From Promethearchaeota archaeon (GTDB lineage: Archaea; Asgardarchaeota; Heimdallarchaeia; Hodarchaeales; Hodarchaeaceae): a DNA stretch of 64,000 nucleotides. The stretch spans positions 96,001-160,000 of the forward strand of contig JBHLMN010000013.1 of NCBI GenBank assembly GCA_048938105.1, given 5' to 3'. Shown here one piece after another: positions 38,755-49,582 of this stretch; position 1 is the first letter of the stretch, and each line of letters begins with the position of its first letter. A program made the translations under genes and the position numbers. The notes below the pieces were generated by a model, which saw nothing but the letters and a program-made list of their open reading frames with translations, made no database searches and had not been told where the DNA came from.

Positions 38755-40197
38755 TTAAAAATATTGAGTAGGATCTCGCATACCTCGTTTTCTTCGGTCT
38801 CGTGCAGCCAAAGTTTTGAATTCCGTACGAAGTTCTTTGGGGAGACGACTTGGCTTTTTGTAACCTTCAATAGTATCTTTTGCATAAGAATAAAGGAAAG
38901 AACGGAAAGCTACTTTCATAGGCATAGTGACAACATTATAGGGTAAACTTCCTAAAAAGAGGAATATGAAAGCAAATAGAATCCCAAATCCGATATCTCG
39001 GCTAACTGCAAATCCGAGGCCAAATCCAGCCAAAATCCATATTAAAGAATTAATTATGGCAAAGATGAACGTTGTAAGTCCAAATCCAGACTCTCCAACT
39101 AATACATCTAATAACGAATTCCAAGTTGTTTTTGCTGAATCCTTAATAGATTCTGTTAATCCTCGTTTATTCTGGACTATTGATATTAGCGTAAAATAAT
39201 TCATAAACATCCAGATCGCGCCAAGGAGTGAAATAAATAGACCTGCGATGACACCACCAATAATTCCAGCGATAATTGCACCACCGCCATATTGTCTGTC
39301 AGTAGCTCTTGATTGACTTCTTCCTGCTGATGTAACTATTTGCATAATCATCTTAACAGTTGCCATTGCAAAAGCAAATTTGATGATTATAGGAAACACT
39401 TGACGCACATCTTTCATTGCAGAGCTCAAGTCTGGATCCAAACCTCGATACCAATCACTGGCATAGGAAATTACACCAGCAGATAAACTGTAATATACAC
39501 CCAAATATACAATTAAGTAGATATATTCAAATAAAATGGCAAAAATATAACCTGGGAGAGCAAGTTCGGTTTCACCTGTTGAGTTCGTAACTGTAAAAAG
39601 ATTAAGGATTTCTAAAAAACCAAATAGCATGAAAAATCCTGTAATAATGGTATAAATACCTAGAAGGATAGGCATAGCTATTACTGCTTTTTCATCAAGT
39701 ACAAGTTTGGCTGAAAATTCAACAAATTGGCCAGAACGTTTAATTAAAGTAAATTTCCAAATAACAAAAATAAAGAATAAAGCTCCAAGTCCTGCAATAA
39801 TTAACGCAATTAAGGCTGCTTCAGGATCGTAAATAAAAATCAAAGCTCCAATTCCAATCATTAATAGAGGAAAAAGAATACAAACTGCGATAGTGACTTC
39901 TTGAGCAAGTTTACTCATAATCCAGACAATTACATATGCCAATATGACTGTAATAAATAGAAAGATTGCTGCAAAAGCAATTAAAAGTGGCAAAAACGGC
40001 AGTGTAACGGGGAGTAATGTGTAAATGACCTCTGAAATGGATTCTAGCGTCTCAGTATTTTCAGGAGCAAATATATAGTGCACAAAAGAGTATGCACCAA
40101 AAACATAGAGAATTACTACTATTAGCATATATAACCATGTTGGTATGCTAGAAAAATCAGTTTTTATGTCAGGTTTTCTATATTCAGATAGACTCAC
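38755..40197 (-). CDS. multi-pass membrane protein, CTL/SLC44 (choline transporter-like)-like
   Basis: About 10 TM; SAGVISYASDWY, MNYFTLISIV..KRGLTESIKDS and RSFLYSYAKD resemble CTL/Pns1 blocks (by eye). Confidence 0.55.
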   Translation of the reverse strand: MSLSEYRKPDIKTDFSSIPTWLYMLIVVILYVFGAYSFVHYIFAPENTETLESISEVIYTLLPVTLPFLPLLIAFAAIFLFITVILAYVIVWIMSKLAQEVTIAVCILFPLLMIGIGALIFIYDPEAALIALIIAGLGALFFIFVIWKFTLIKRSGQFVEFSAKLVLDEKAVIAMPILLGIYTIITGFFMLFGFLEILNLFTVTNSTGETELALPGYIFAILFEYIYLIVYLGVYYSLSAGVISYASDWYRGLDPDLSSAMKDVRQVFPIIIKFAFAMATVKMIMQIVTSAGRSQSRATDRQYGGGAIIAGIIGGVIAGLFISLLGAIWMFMNYFTLISIVQNKRGLTESIKDSAKTTWNSLLDVLVGESGFGLTTFIFAIINSLIWILAGFGLGFAVSRDIGFGILFAFIFLFLGSLPYNVVTMPMKVAFRSFLYSYAKDTIEGYKKPSRLPKELRTEFKTLAARDRRKRGMRDPTQYF

Positions 40198-40359
40198 ATC
40201 AATTCACCATAGATAGATTCATTTGTCAGAATTTGTCATTTTACGATAAAAGGGGTTTATTAATTGAGTGTTGTCAAACTATTAATGTATTTTTATGTAT
40301 TAAAAAAGATTATCCCTTGTTGATAATTAAGAAGAATAGTTATCGAAATAGAAGACCTT

Positions 40360-41244
40360 CTATTTAGCAGCTTCAAACTTGATTATGGAGGACACTGATA
40401 CATCTAGGAATTTTTTTCCAAACGCTGAAGATAAAGCACACTTTCCACGTAAACCAGTGCAATGGCAAGGAGCCATGATTCTTATCGGATATTTCTTTAA
40501 TTCTTGAACTGTAAATGAAAGACGGTCATATGAAGCATCATGGAGATGCAAGCCGCCTAAAACTCCAACTATTTTGTTAGAATCAATTAATTCCCTAGTT
40601 TTAGTAATTGTATTAACAATCCCAGCATGACAACAACCTGCAAGAATTACAATAGAATCATCAGCTAAATGAAAAACTAAAGAAAGGTCGTCCTCTAACT
40701 TATCTGGAATGTTTTTCCCATCTTTCACTGTTGTGGCATCTATGAGTCTTCCTGTTAATACTTCATAGTCATTTCTACGAGGAACCTCACCTGTTGTCAT
40801 AACTGATTCAGTAAATTTGTGAGGTGTTGTCGTTGTTATTAGATCAGCTTGTTTTTTGAGATCCTCTATCGATTCAAAGAATCCTTGAATTCCTATGTCA
40901 TAAATTTTACCTTTATCAATAAAAATCTTAGGTGAAAGTGCCTGAGGATGACAAATGACAGGAATTCGTTTCGTTAGACCAATAGCTTCTTTCAATCCCC
41001 CTACATGATCCCAATGGCCATGACTTAGAACTATTGCATCAATAGTAGTAAGATCAACTTCAAGTTTCTTAATATTATGAAGAAAAGCAACAGATGAGGG
41101 GCCAGTATCAAATAAGAGATTTAATTGAGAGGAATCACTAAAGTATGCTTTTGCAAGAGCTGAGAATCCCGACTCACCAAGAGTTCCTCCTGGTCCTGCC
41201 ACATTTTCAACAAGTATTTGAATATCTAATTTTTGAATTTTCAA
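40360..41244 (-). CDS. MBL-fold metallo-hydrolase
   Basis: LFDTG, SHGHWDHVGG, GCCHAG, GGLHL, PCHCTG. Confidence 0.9.
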   Translation of the reverse strand: MKIQKLDIQILVENVAGPGGTLGESGFSALAKAYFSDSSQLNLLFDTGPSSVAFLHNIKKLEVDLTTIDAIVLSHGHWDHVGGLKEAIGLTKRIPVICHPQALSPKIFIDKGKIYDIGIQGFFESIEDLKKQADLITTTTPHKFTESVMTTGEVPRRNDYEVLTGRLIDATTVKDGKNIPDKLEDDLSLVFHLADDSIVILAGCCHAGIVNTITKTRELIDSNKIVGVLGGLHLHDASYDRLSFTVQELKKYPIRIMAPCHCTGLRGKCALSSAFGKKFLDVSVSSIIKFEAAK

Positions 41245-41253
41245 TTTATCACT

Positions 41254-41955
41254 TCATTCGATCATTCGCAATATTGATGGATAATTCTTAAGAGCACCAA
41301 GACTTTGGATAAAAAAACAAGTGATGAGGTAATAGATAACTATCTTTTGCATCACCACTCGAATGAATAATGAGACTGAAATATAGGTTTCAGGAAAGAA
41401 TGTTGTAACCAAAGATACCGCTCCATATATGACAATAATAATACTAAAAACTAAGAATATCAGATGATAAATCCTTGGTATAAATTCTCTTTCTTTAAAT
41501 AAGGAATACATTAAGCTTGATACGATAAATGAGACAACAAAAGCTAGAAAAACTATCAAGTCATGCAATAAAGGGAAAAGGTTTGTAGGAGTCAGTGCAA
41601 CGCAGCTGAACAAAGTGGCATTTAAAGTTCCTAGAACGGAGAGGGGCCTCAATTTTTTTGGATTTTCAGTGTTAATAACACCAGGAATTGCTATAAAATA
41701 TGCAGCGAACGAAATACTAGCCAACATAAGAGTAATAAAGAAAATAATGGCTGAAATTATATTTGGATTGCCAAATGATTGGGTTCTTCCGAGATCACTG
41801 AAAAAGTTAAGATAGAAAGTGTATCCTGAACTATTCGGATTAATACGTGTTCCTCCTCCATAGATGAACATGGCTAGAGAGGAAAAAAGAATAAATTGGA
41901 AACAGCCAAAGATTGTAAATAGAAAAGCCAGATTTCTCCAATTTAATTCACTCAA
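41254..41955 (-). CDS. DUF998-like membrane protein
   Basis: YGGG...NFFSDLG; 6 TM. Confidence 0.65.
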   Translation of the reverse strand: MSELNWRNLAFLFTIFGCFQFILFSSLAMFIYGGGTRINPNSSGYTFYLNFFSDLGRTQSFGNPNIISAIIFFITLMLASISFAAYFIAIPGVINTENPKKLRPLSVLGTLNATLFSCVALTPTNLFPLLHDLIVFLAFVVSFIVSSLMYSLFKEREFIPRIYHLIFLVFSIIIVIYGAVSLVTTFFPETYISVSLFIRVVMQKIVIYYLITCFFIQSLGALKNYPSILRMIE

Positions 41956-43936
41956 TTACATTCACCTTAACTGTCATCTGAGAAGATCCACGATTAGCCC
42001 AACAATAATAGGGAATTGTAACAACATCTGATCCTTCATTCGTTTGGCCTTTTATTGTACATATTCCATTAAATAGTTCTGATGGTTCAACATATAAAGA
42101 ATTGTTCATTATTTTGGCTCGAAAGATGTCAAAATTAGGATTATCAATCTCTTCCAAACAATAAACGAGTGGGCCTCGTGTAATAGTAGAATTTCCCAAA
42201 CATGTTTTGACATTGGGATGAGAATTGAGAATTCGTATTTTCATAGGGAAGTAAACTTCGATTTCATCCCTTGATTTCCATTTTCGTTTCAAGAAAATAT
42301 AATTTGATCTGAATGGAGAATAACCTGACGCAGTTTCAGAATGAATGGTCTCCTTATTAACAGATTTTTGTTCTTGATCATTTATTTTCACAGAATATTC
42401 ATCAACCCAGCTTGGAATTCTTAATGCCAAGGTGAAAAATAGTGGGGAATCAATTTCTAACAAGATTTTGATAGTTCCTTCCCAAGGTAAGTTCGATCTC
42501 ATTTTAATATTAATTGGTGGGCTATTTGAATTAAGAGAAATCTTTCCGCTGCTGCTAATAAACTGATTTACCCAAATTGTGTCACTAGTATAAGTATAAA
42601 GATATTGGCTAATAATAGCCAATGTTCGTGTTAAATTTGAAGGACAACAAGGTATTTCAAACCATTCTTTACGAGTTAGATCTCCCCTTGAAGCCAGAGG
42701 ATTCTTGTAGAGATATGATTTTCCATCCTGAGACAAACCTACTAGGGCAGCATTGTAAAGTTGCCATTCTAAAAGGTCCGCAAACTTAGCTTCTTGAGTA
42801 AGAAGTGTCATCTGCCAATTCCAAAATATGGATCCAAGACTCGCACATGTTTCGCAATATGCATGTTCAGGATCAAGTTCGTAATCATGTCCAAAACCTT
42901 CAATTCTTGGTAGTGAACCAATACCACCAGTCACGAACATCCTGAACCTAACCATATGATCCCAAATAGTTTGGAGTGTTGGTATAAATTTACCGTCTGT
43001 TTCATATGAATACATTGCTGCAGCAGTCATCAAATATGAAAAACGTACTGCATGTCCTTCAGGAGTTTTTTGTTCTTCTAAGGGGAGATGATTCTGAAAA
43101 TACCTGCCAGAAGCATAATTGTATAAAACACGACGTTTAACTCCCGATGGAAAAGCAGTATAAACATTTTCGGGTAATTGAAAGTCTTGATCTTCAGGAT
43201 GATCCATCAAATAGTTCTGCTTTAATTTCTCAACCCTTTTTTTTCTTCGATTGTGACTGATATCTTGTTTTAATAATAATAACCACTTGAATCTAGATTT
43301 TCCTCTTCTTTGGATAAATTCATTGGCAAGTTCCAAGTATTGTTTGTCTTTTGTAATCCGATAAAGCTTTATCAATGATATTTCAATTTCTTGATGCCCA
43401 GGAATAGCATTATTACTAGTATTTAATTTTAAAAATTGGTGAACCAAAAGATCTGCGGGTTTTTTTGTCATTTCAAGAATCTTGGGATCCTGACTAAATT
43501 CATAATAAGATATTAGAGCTTCAATAAGATGACCTAGACAATATAATTCGTGTTCGATCCATAAATTTGTCCATCTTGTATTAGGAAAGTGGATTTGATT
43601 GAATGTGTAAATGTATCCATCACTCTCTTGAGATTTTTGAATCAATCCAATGAAATCATCTAATATTGATTTTAATTTATCGGATGGGGACGTGATATAG
43701 ATACGACTCGCCGCATCAAGCCATTTAAAAGCGTCAGAATCCGAAAAGAACCATCCTTCACGAAATCCGTCTTTTTCACCAGCTAGAATTCGAAAATTGT
43801 CAATACACCTTGTTTTTTCTAGTTGATTCCACTGATGAAAAATCGCTTTTTCCTTATTTATCTTTAAGTGAGGGGTCCAGAATGGATCATCAATCTGTAC
43901 TTGGTTTAATCCTAATTGGTTGCTGAAACGATTCAT
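41948..43936 (-). CDS. glycoside hydrolase family 127 (beta-L-arabinofuranosidase-like)
   Basis: HELYCLGHLIEA, GHQEIE, GHAVR, YCETCA, PCCPSN. Confidence 0.93.
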   Translation of the reverse strand: MNRFSNQLGLNQVQIDDPFWTPHLKINKEKAIFHQWNQLEKTRCIDNFRILAGEKDGFREGWFFSDSDAFKWLDAASRIYITSPSDKLKSILDDFIGLIQKSQESDGYIYTFNQIHFPNTRWTNLWIEHELYCLGHLIEALISYYEFSQDPKILEMTKKPADLLVHQFLKLNTSNNAIPGHQEIEISLIKLYRITKDKQYLELANEFIQRRGKSRFKWLLLLKQDISHNRRKKRVEKLKQNYLMDHPEDQDFQLPENVYTAFPSGVKRRVLYNYASGRYFQNHLPLEEQKTPEGHAVRFSYLMTAAAMYSYETDGKFIPTLQTIWDHMVRFRMFVTGGIGSLPRIEGFGHDYELDPEHAYCETCASLGSIFWNWQMTLLTQEAKFADLLEWQLYNAALVGLSQDGKSYLYKNPLASRGDLTRKEWFEIPCCPSNLTRTLAIISQYLYTYTSDTIWVNQFISSSGKISLNSNSPPINIKMRSNLPWEGTIKILLEIDSPLFFTLALRIPSWVDEYSVKINDQEQKSVNKETIHSETASGYSPFRSNYIFLKRKWKSRDEIEVYFPMKIRILNSHPNVKTCLGNSTITRGPLVYCLEEIDNPNFDIFRAKIMNNSLYVEPSELFNGICTIKGQTNEGSDVVTIPYYCWANRGSSQMTVKVNVIE

Positions 43937-43991
43937 GATTAGTCAGCTGGAAACGGAAAAATTTGTCAATCTACTTAATTGTATTGAAAAA

Positions 43992-44537
43992 TTACTCAAG
44001 TAGTTTAGACATTTCTAAACGGATATCATGTTTCCGACAATCTTGATTGCTGTATCCAATTAGGTCAAAACCAGTTAATGAAAAACCACATTTTAAATAA
44101 AATTGAATAGCATTGTAATTAGAACTTTGACATTCGAGAACCAGAGCTCTGGATTGCCATTCCTTGGCTTTTATTTCTGCGAATGCCATCAATTTTGTAC
44201 CAAATCCTTGATGATGAAATTGTTTATCAATAGCAATATCCCAGATACGGGTAACATTATTCCATTCTTGCTTTCCAACAACCAAATGCCCAATTTCTCT
44301 TTCTTCATCATTTACTATAATATAATATTTAGCGTTTTCTTTGTGGTCTTCAAAGAGATTTTCATTGATACATTTTGTGAATGTTGTAGGAAATGCCTTT
44401 AACGACCAGTCAAAAATCCATCCTTTGTTAGTATCTTTCTTAATAACTTGAACATCATAATAATAATCGGATTGGAAAGTAAAAGTCACTTCTTTATTTT
44501 CAGGAAAGTCTTTGGCAAAAATTTGGATGATTTTCAT
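43992..44537 (-). CDS. GNAT acetyltransferase (streptothricin acetyltransferase-like)
   Basis: WNNVTRIWDIAI..HQGFG; LECQSSNYNAIQFYLKCGF. Confidence 0.85.
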   Translation of the reverse strand: MKIIQIFAKDFPENKEVTFTFQSDYYYDVQVIKKDTNKGWIFDWSLKAFPTTFTKCINENLFEDHKENAKYYIIVNDEEREIGHLVVGKQEWNNVTRIWDIAIDKQFHHQGFGTKLMAFAEIKAKEWQSRALVLECQSSNYNAIQFYLKCGFSLTGFDLIGYSNQDCRKHDIRLEMSKLLE

Positions 44538-44699
44538 CTATTTTCACACGAATTGCCATTATATGAATGATGTAAGAAAATTTCCCTTGAAGGATTGATT
44601 TCTTAGGTGGTTATAAGGAACTATCTGATTTCTTTCTTGATCAATAGTAACTCATCTGGAACCTATCTCTTCTGAAAGTGATATTGCTTGAACAAAAAG

Positions 44700-44783
44700 G
44701 TGAGAGTCATCAGAACTGAACGGATATGGTTCAAATCAACTACTAAACTCAGATAGCTTTGCCAGTACAAATTTCTCAATAAC
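44700..44783 (+). pseudogene. relic of a second tnpB 5' end
   Basis: VRVIRTERIWFKSTTKLR*LC aligns with MIVTRTEQIWLKTHKTFSWFC of the adjacent TnpB. Confidence 0.7.
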
Positions 44784-46093
44784 TTAGAACAAAGAACCTC
44801 TCAGGAAATTCAACCAATGTGAGGGCCACCTAATGATAGTCACTCGTACAGAACAGATTTGGTTAAAAACACACAAAACCTTTTCATGGTTCTGTCATCT
44901 CTCAAAAAATCTCTATAACGAAGGAAATTACCTTATCCGTCAGGAGTTTTTCAATCATAGTAAATGGATTCGGTATAATTCCCTATATCATCTCCTTAAA
45001 ACTTCGGATAATTATCACCGACTTCCTGCTCAAACAGCTCAGCAGGTGTTGAAGATCCTTGATAGGAGTTGGAAATCCTTTTTTATCGCTATCAAAGCAT
45101 TGAAGAAGAATAAGTCGAAATTTAACGGGAAACCAAAACCCCCTGGATACAAACCAAAGAATGGGGAGTTTCTGCTAGTTTTTACTAAACAACAGGTGAA
45201 ACTAAAAAATAGTGTCTTGCAATTTCCTAAAAAGGTAAGTATTAACCTAAAAACCAGACTTCATGACAAACCAGACATTAGAGAGGTACGAATTATCCCA
45301 AAAGGGGTAGGTTATGTGGTAGAAATCGTTTATAAGAGAAAAATCCATCCTAAACCTTTGAATAAAGATAATATTGTGGCTATCGATTTAGGGGTACGCA
45401 ATCTCATAACTACAGTCAATAACAATGGTTTAAAACCATTTGTTATTAAAGGTGGGGTTGTTAACTCCATTAATCAATACTATAATAAAAAGCGGGCCAG
45501 AATTCAATCAACATATGACCATCTAGGAATTAAAAGAGGAAAAGCTATACAAAAATTAACCCATAAACGTAATAAAAAAATCAATGACCATTTCCATAAA
45601 ATTAGTAAAAAAATTATTGAGTACTGTGTATTGAATGACATCGGAACCGTTGTTATCGGGTACAATCCCAATTGGAAACAAAATTGTCATATTGGTAAAA
45701 AAAATACACAGAGTTTTGTCACCATTCCATATTACAAGCTAATTCAGCAATTGGAATACAAAGCTGAAGAACAGGGAATGACTGTTATTAAACAAGAGGA
45801 AAGCCATTCTAGTAAATGTTCTTTTTTGGATGATGAACCAATCGAACATCACGATAAATATCTAGGGAGAAGATTTACTAGAGGATTATTTAAATCCTAT
45901 AAAGGTATTATTATTAATGCTGATGTGAATGGGGCATATAACATTCTGAAAAAAGCATTCCTGAACGCGGTTGACGCTGACAGGATAGAGGCTGTTGGGT
46001 TACATCCCACACGATGGAGACTAGCTTCGGTGACGGGCTAGTTGATGACCTCGTGTGAATAAAATTAAATATACTATAAATAATTTTAATAAC
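44784..46093 (+). mobile_element. IS200/IS605-family tnpB-only element (ends approximate)
   Basis: tnpB without tnpA; 3' hairpins at 46021-46041 and 46061-46087; ends in AATAAC. Confidence 0.6.
44833..46041 (+). CDS. tnpB: RNA-guided endonuclease TnpB (rearranged RuvC type)
   Basis: AIDLG, VIGYN, QEESHSSKCS, NADVNGA. Confidence 0.92.
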   Translation: MIVTRTEQIWLKTHKTFSWFCHLSKNLYNEGNYLIRQEFFNHSKWIRYNSLYHLLKTSDNYHRLPAQTAQQVLKILDRSWKSFFIAIKALKKNKSKFNGKPKPPGYKPKNGEFLLVFTKQQVKLKNSVLQFPKKVSINLKTRLHDKPDIREVRIIPKGVGYVVEIVYKRKIHPKPLNKDNIVAIDLGVRNLITTVNNNGLKPFVIKGGVVNSINQYYNKKRARIQSTYDHLGIKRGKAIQKLTHKRNKKINDHFHKISKKIIEYCVLNDIGTVVIGYNPNWKQNCHIGKKNTQSFVTIPYYKLIQQLEYKAEEQGMTVIKQEESHSSKCSFLDDEPIEHHDKYLGRRFTRGLFKSYKGIIINADVNGAYNILKKAFLNAVDADRIEAVGLHPTRWRLASVTG

Positions 46094-46190
46094 CTAGCTT
46101 AATAAATATTGTTGAGGATTAGTCAATTAGAAGCTGTAAAATGATTTGAGAAAAATAAGAAGTTAATTTTATGAGAGAAGTGTCTAATAG

Positions 46191-47882
46191 ATGGCAATAA
46201 CAGAAGAATTGAGGGATATACAACAGTTAATAACCCAATGTCATCTAAGAAAGGCATTATCTAAAGTAAAAAAGTTGGAAAAAAGAGAGAAGCTCAAAGA
46301 AAAAGATTTTAACAACATCAATCTTATGAAAAGTAATATTTTCATTAAATTAGGTAATTTTGAGAAGGCAGAAGAGCTTTCTCGCAAAGTATTGTTGAAA
46401 AGTGAACGAATAAAAAATGAAATGCAGAAGATTGATGCTTGCATAATGGTAGCTAAGGCGTTATTAGCACTTGGGAAATATGATGATAGCTATCTCATGG
46501 TTAAAAAAGGAGAACAGCTCCTCGATGCAATCATAGTACAATCACCAAAGACAAACTTCTTTAAAGCTGAAATTTTAAGGGTTTATGGTGTTATATCTTG
46601 GAATAAAGGACAATTTGAGCTAGCTTTAGACTACTATCGTCAAAGCTTTGTTATTTTCGAGAAAATAAGAGATGAAAGGGGAATAGGAAAAATTCTCAGT
46701 AATATCGGTTCTATCTATCAGATAAAAGGAAAATTCGCCCTAGCAATTGAATATAAACAGAATGCTGCGCAAATTTTAGAAGAAATTGGTGATCAACTTA
46801 ATTTAGCATCTACATTCCAAAATATTAGTGAAATTTACACGAGTAGAGGAAAACTGGGTTTAGCATTCGAGTATGCACAGAGAAGCCTGATAATCTTCGA
46901 AGAACTCGAGATTAAACATGCTATAGCTGAAAATCTTTGTGTCATTGGAGAGATCTTTAAGGCTAAAGGGGATCTAGATGCAGCTCTAGAATTCTATAAA
47001 AGAAGTTTAACTCTTTATGAAGAAGTCGGAAGACCAGGCGCTTTACCCCTAGTTAATATGGGAGAGATTCATCATGCTAGAGAAGAATATGAGCTTGCGT
47101 TGCAATGTTACAAACAAAGCTTAGATATTTTCAAAGAATGGAATCTTTTAGAGACGGCTATGCTTTATTATGACTTAATCAAGTTAAGTATTGATACGAA
47201 AACTCTTGAGCAAGCTAAGATATACGTACAACATCTACAAAGGATTAATAAAAAGGAAGACAATTTAGTTTTCAATCAACTATACCGCCTAGGCCAAGCC
47301 ATGCTTCTAAAAACAAGTAAGAGAATCACAAATATTGCAACAGCACAAAAAATATTCAAACAAGTAGCCACTGAAGAAATTGTATATTTTGAGTTAACAG
47401 TTGATGCTATTCTTAATTTATGTGAACTCCTTCTAATTGAATTACGATCTTTTGGTAATGAGGAGGTTTTTAGGGAAGTAAAAACTTGGTCGAATAATTT
47501 ACTTGAAATTGCCCAAATGCAACACTCTTTTTCATTACTTGCTGAGACCTATCTTCTCCAATCTAAACTTGCTTTGTTAGAGTTAGATCTTGAAAGAGCC
47601 CAGAACCTTTTAAGTCAAGCAAAAAAATTAGCTGAGGAAAATGATCTGCAACAACTCCTCACTAAGATATTAGACGAACAATTCCTATTACATGAACAAT
47701 CAAGTAAATGGGAACACTTACGTGATCAAAAGCTTTCAATTAAGGAGAGGATAAATCTCATCCAGTTCGAAGACTTACTGGATCGAATGCTTCATAAAAG
47801 GTTTTATCAGAAACAAGAAGAGATCATGGAGTATGCAGCTGAAGCACAACAATTAATTGAGAAATGGGAAAAAGAAGAATGA
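46191..47882 (+). CDS. tetratricopeptide repeat protein (Asgard-type)
   Basis: Repeated GxxxxAlxyyxxSL TPR units. Confidence 0.9.
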   Translation: MAITEELRDIQQLITQCHLRKALSKVKKLEKREKLKEKDFNNINLMKSNIFIKLGNFEKAEELSRKVLLKSERIKNEMQKIDACIMVAKALLALGKYDDSYLMVKKGEQLLDAIIVQSPKTNFFKAEILRVYGVISWNKGQFELALDYYRQSFVIFEKIRDERGIGKILSNIGSIYQIKGKFALAIEYKQNAAQILEEIGDQLNLASTFQNISEIYTSRGKLGLAFEYAQRSLIIFEELEIKHAIAENLCVIGEIFKAKGDLDAALEFYKRSLTLYEEVGRPGALPLVNMGEIHHAREEYELALQCYKQSLDIFKEWNLLETAMLYYDLIKLSIDTKTLEQAKIYVQHLQRINKKEDNLVFNQLYRLGQAMLLKTSKRITNIATAQKIFKQVATEEIVYFELTVDAILNLCELLLIELRSFGNEEVFREVKTWSNNLLEIAQMQHSFSLLAETYLLQSKLALLELDLERAQNLLSQAKKLAEENDLQQLLTKILDEQFLLHEQSSKWEHLRDQKLSIKERINLIQFEDLLDRMLHKRFYQKQEEIMEYAAEAQQLIEKWEKEE

Positions 47883-47948
47883 AGCTCATTTGAGTCAAAA
47901 GGATTATCTCCCTAATAAATGTAATTTTAGTTACAAAGTTGATTAAAA

Positions 47949-48662
47949 ATGGATAAAGAAGGGTTTAAAGAGGGAATAGAAGAAATTATAGAAAATGCAA
48001 CAAAAAAAATATTTGAAGAATGGGAAATTCTTGATGAAATAAAGGGACCTAATCCTGAGACTTTAGAATTTCTTAACAATGTTGATGAATTAATTAGGAA
48101 AGAGGCTGGTATCAATGGAGGTGAAATCAAGATTAAGAAATCTATCGAAAAATTCGTTAGGTCTAGAAGGGATTTGGGTGAAATAACAATAGGAAGTAAC
48201 ATTATTAAGAAAATAGAAATCATTGATGACTATAAAGAATACAATAGATCTCTAAGATCCATTGCTTATTATCAATTGATACCTGTGATAGATGCTAAGA
48301 AACCAATTGTACGTATACTCAATTGGACTGTAAGTCATCATCCTCGTTGGGTTATCTGGTTTACCAGCCCAATAGCAAAAGGGATTCAAGCTAGAACAGG
48401 GGGTGAATACCTTGTTGCTCACAGTTTAAATGAGAAAGAATCTGAAGATTATGATTTACTTAAAAAATTTAGTAAATTCCCATGTTTTGGGAGAAGTGAT
48501 GGAATTGACATTCTTCTTAGTTATGAAACAATAGATACCGCTGTGAAATTTGTTGATAAATTCCTACCTACTATAATGGAAAGAAATTTGTATGGTGACC
48601 CTGATTTTTTACTGTTCTTACAGAACTATAGACAAACAATGTTAGAATTAACAGACTATTGA
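47949..48662 (+). CDS. hypothetical protein
   Basis: 237-aa ORF; no recognised motif. Confidence 0.65.
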   Translation: MDKEGFKEGIEEIIENATKKIFEEWEILDEIKGPNPETLEFLNNVDELIRKEAGINGGEIKIKKSIEKFVRSRRDLGEITIGSNIIKKIEIIDDYKEYNRSLRSIAYYQLIPVIDAKKPIVRILNWTVSHHPRWVIWFTSPIAKGIQARTGGEYLVAHSLNEKESEDYDLLKKFSKFPCFGRSDGIDILLSYETIDTAVKFVDKFLPTIMERNLYGDPDFLLFLQNYRQTMLELTDY

Positions 48663-48705
48663 GTTATTTACCTTGAGAAAGTTACTGAAATATATTCTTC
48701 TGATC

Positions 48706-49344
48706 TCATTCAAGTTTTTTAAATAACGGTTCCACTTTTGACCAACCTTTTACAAAAATCATCAAGCAAATGATAATGGTTGCGAGCAACAGTAGAGCCA
48801 AAACAAGAGCTTGTTCGAAAATAAACCTCAACAGTGCCCAAGGGAGAGTAATAAAGCTGAATATGAGACTAATGAGGAGTGCAACCATTCCTCTTTGCTG
48901 CCAAACAAGCAATTTTTCTTCTGCAACTTTGTTAGAAGTATACATTGCCATTTGAATCATTCCAACTCGTATAAAACACACATACGAGATAAAGCTTAAT
49001 AAAAATAAACTAATGAATATTAGAAGCATATATTCGAAGTGTGTTGGCCATAAATTGCTAAGATGCAATTTAATAAGTATCTCCATGATTAAATTACCCA
49101 ATATAGCAATCTCAGCTAAGAGGGGTTCATCTAGGAATGGAAAAACATCAGTTCCTTGTGCTCTGACACTAATAACAAAGGCACTCGTAGCCATGTAAAA
49201 TCCAGCTAGGATGGCACTTGCAGTAGAAAAATGTCCAGCAAGATCCATCATAGATTCTCTTAAAGCAGCTCTGCTCTTATCTTTCTCAACTTCTCTTATA
49301 TTATTTTTTGACTCTTGTTCATCAACCAAATTACACATCCCCAT
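48706..49344 (-). CDS. hypothetical membrane protein
   Basis: 4-5 hydrophobic segments. Confidence 0.65.
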   Translation of the reverse strand: MGMCNLVDEQESKNNIREVEKDKSRAALRESMMDLAGHFSTASAILAGFYMATSAFVISVRAQGTDVFPFLDEPLLAEIAILGNLIMEILIKLHLSNLWPTHFEYMLLIFISLFLLSFISYVCFIRVGMIQMAMYTSNKVAEEKLLVWQQRGMVALLISLIFSFITLPWALLRFIFEQALVLALLLLATIIICLMIFVKGWSKVEPLFKKLE

Positions 49345-49582
49345 ACCTGAAGATTAGAAATAATGTCCAACCTTGAATTTGTCTAAATAGGATTAATCTT
49401 TTTATAATACTTTTCACGGATAATAACAATTTTTTCTATTTTTTCGCTATTCTTCCAGGATTTTCTTTTTATCATTCTGCCACAATAAAAAACCTTATAT
49501 TCTGCTTCTAACATGTTAAAAATGCTTTTAAATGACAAATTAAGACTTTAATGAGTCCATCGTTATTCTAGAAATTGCTGTT

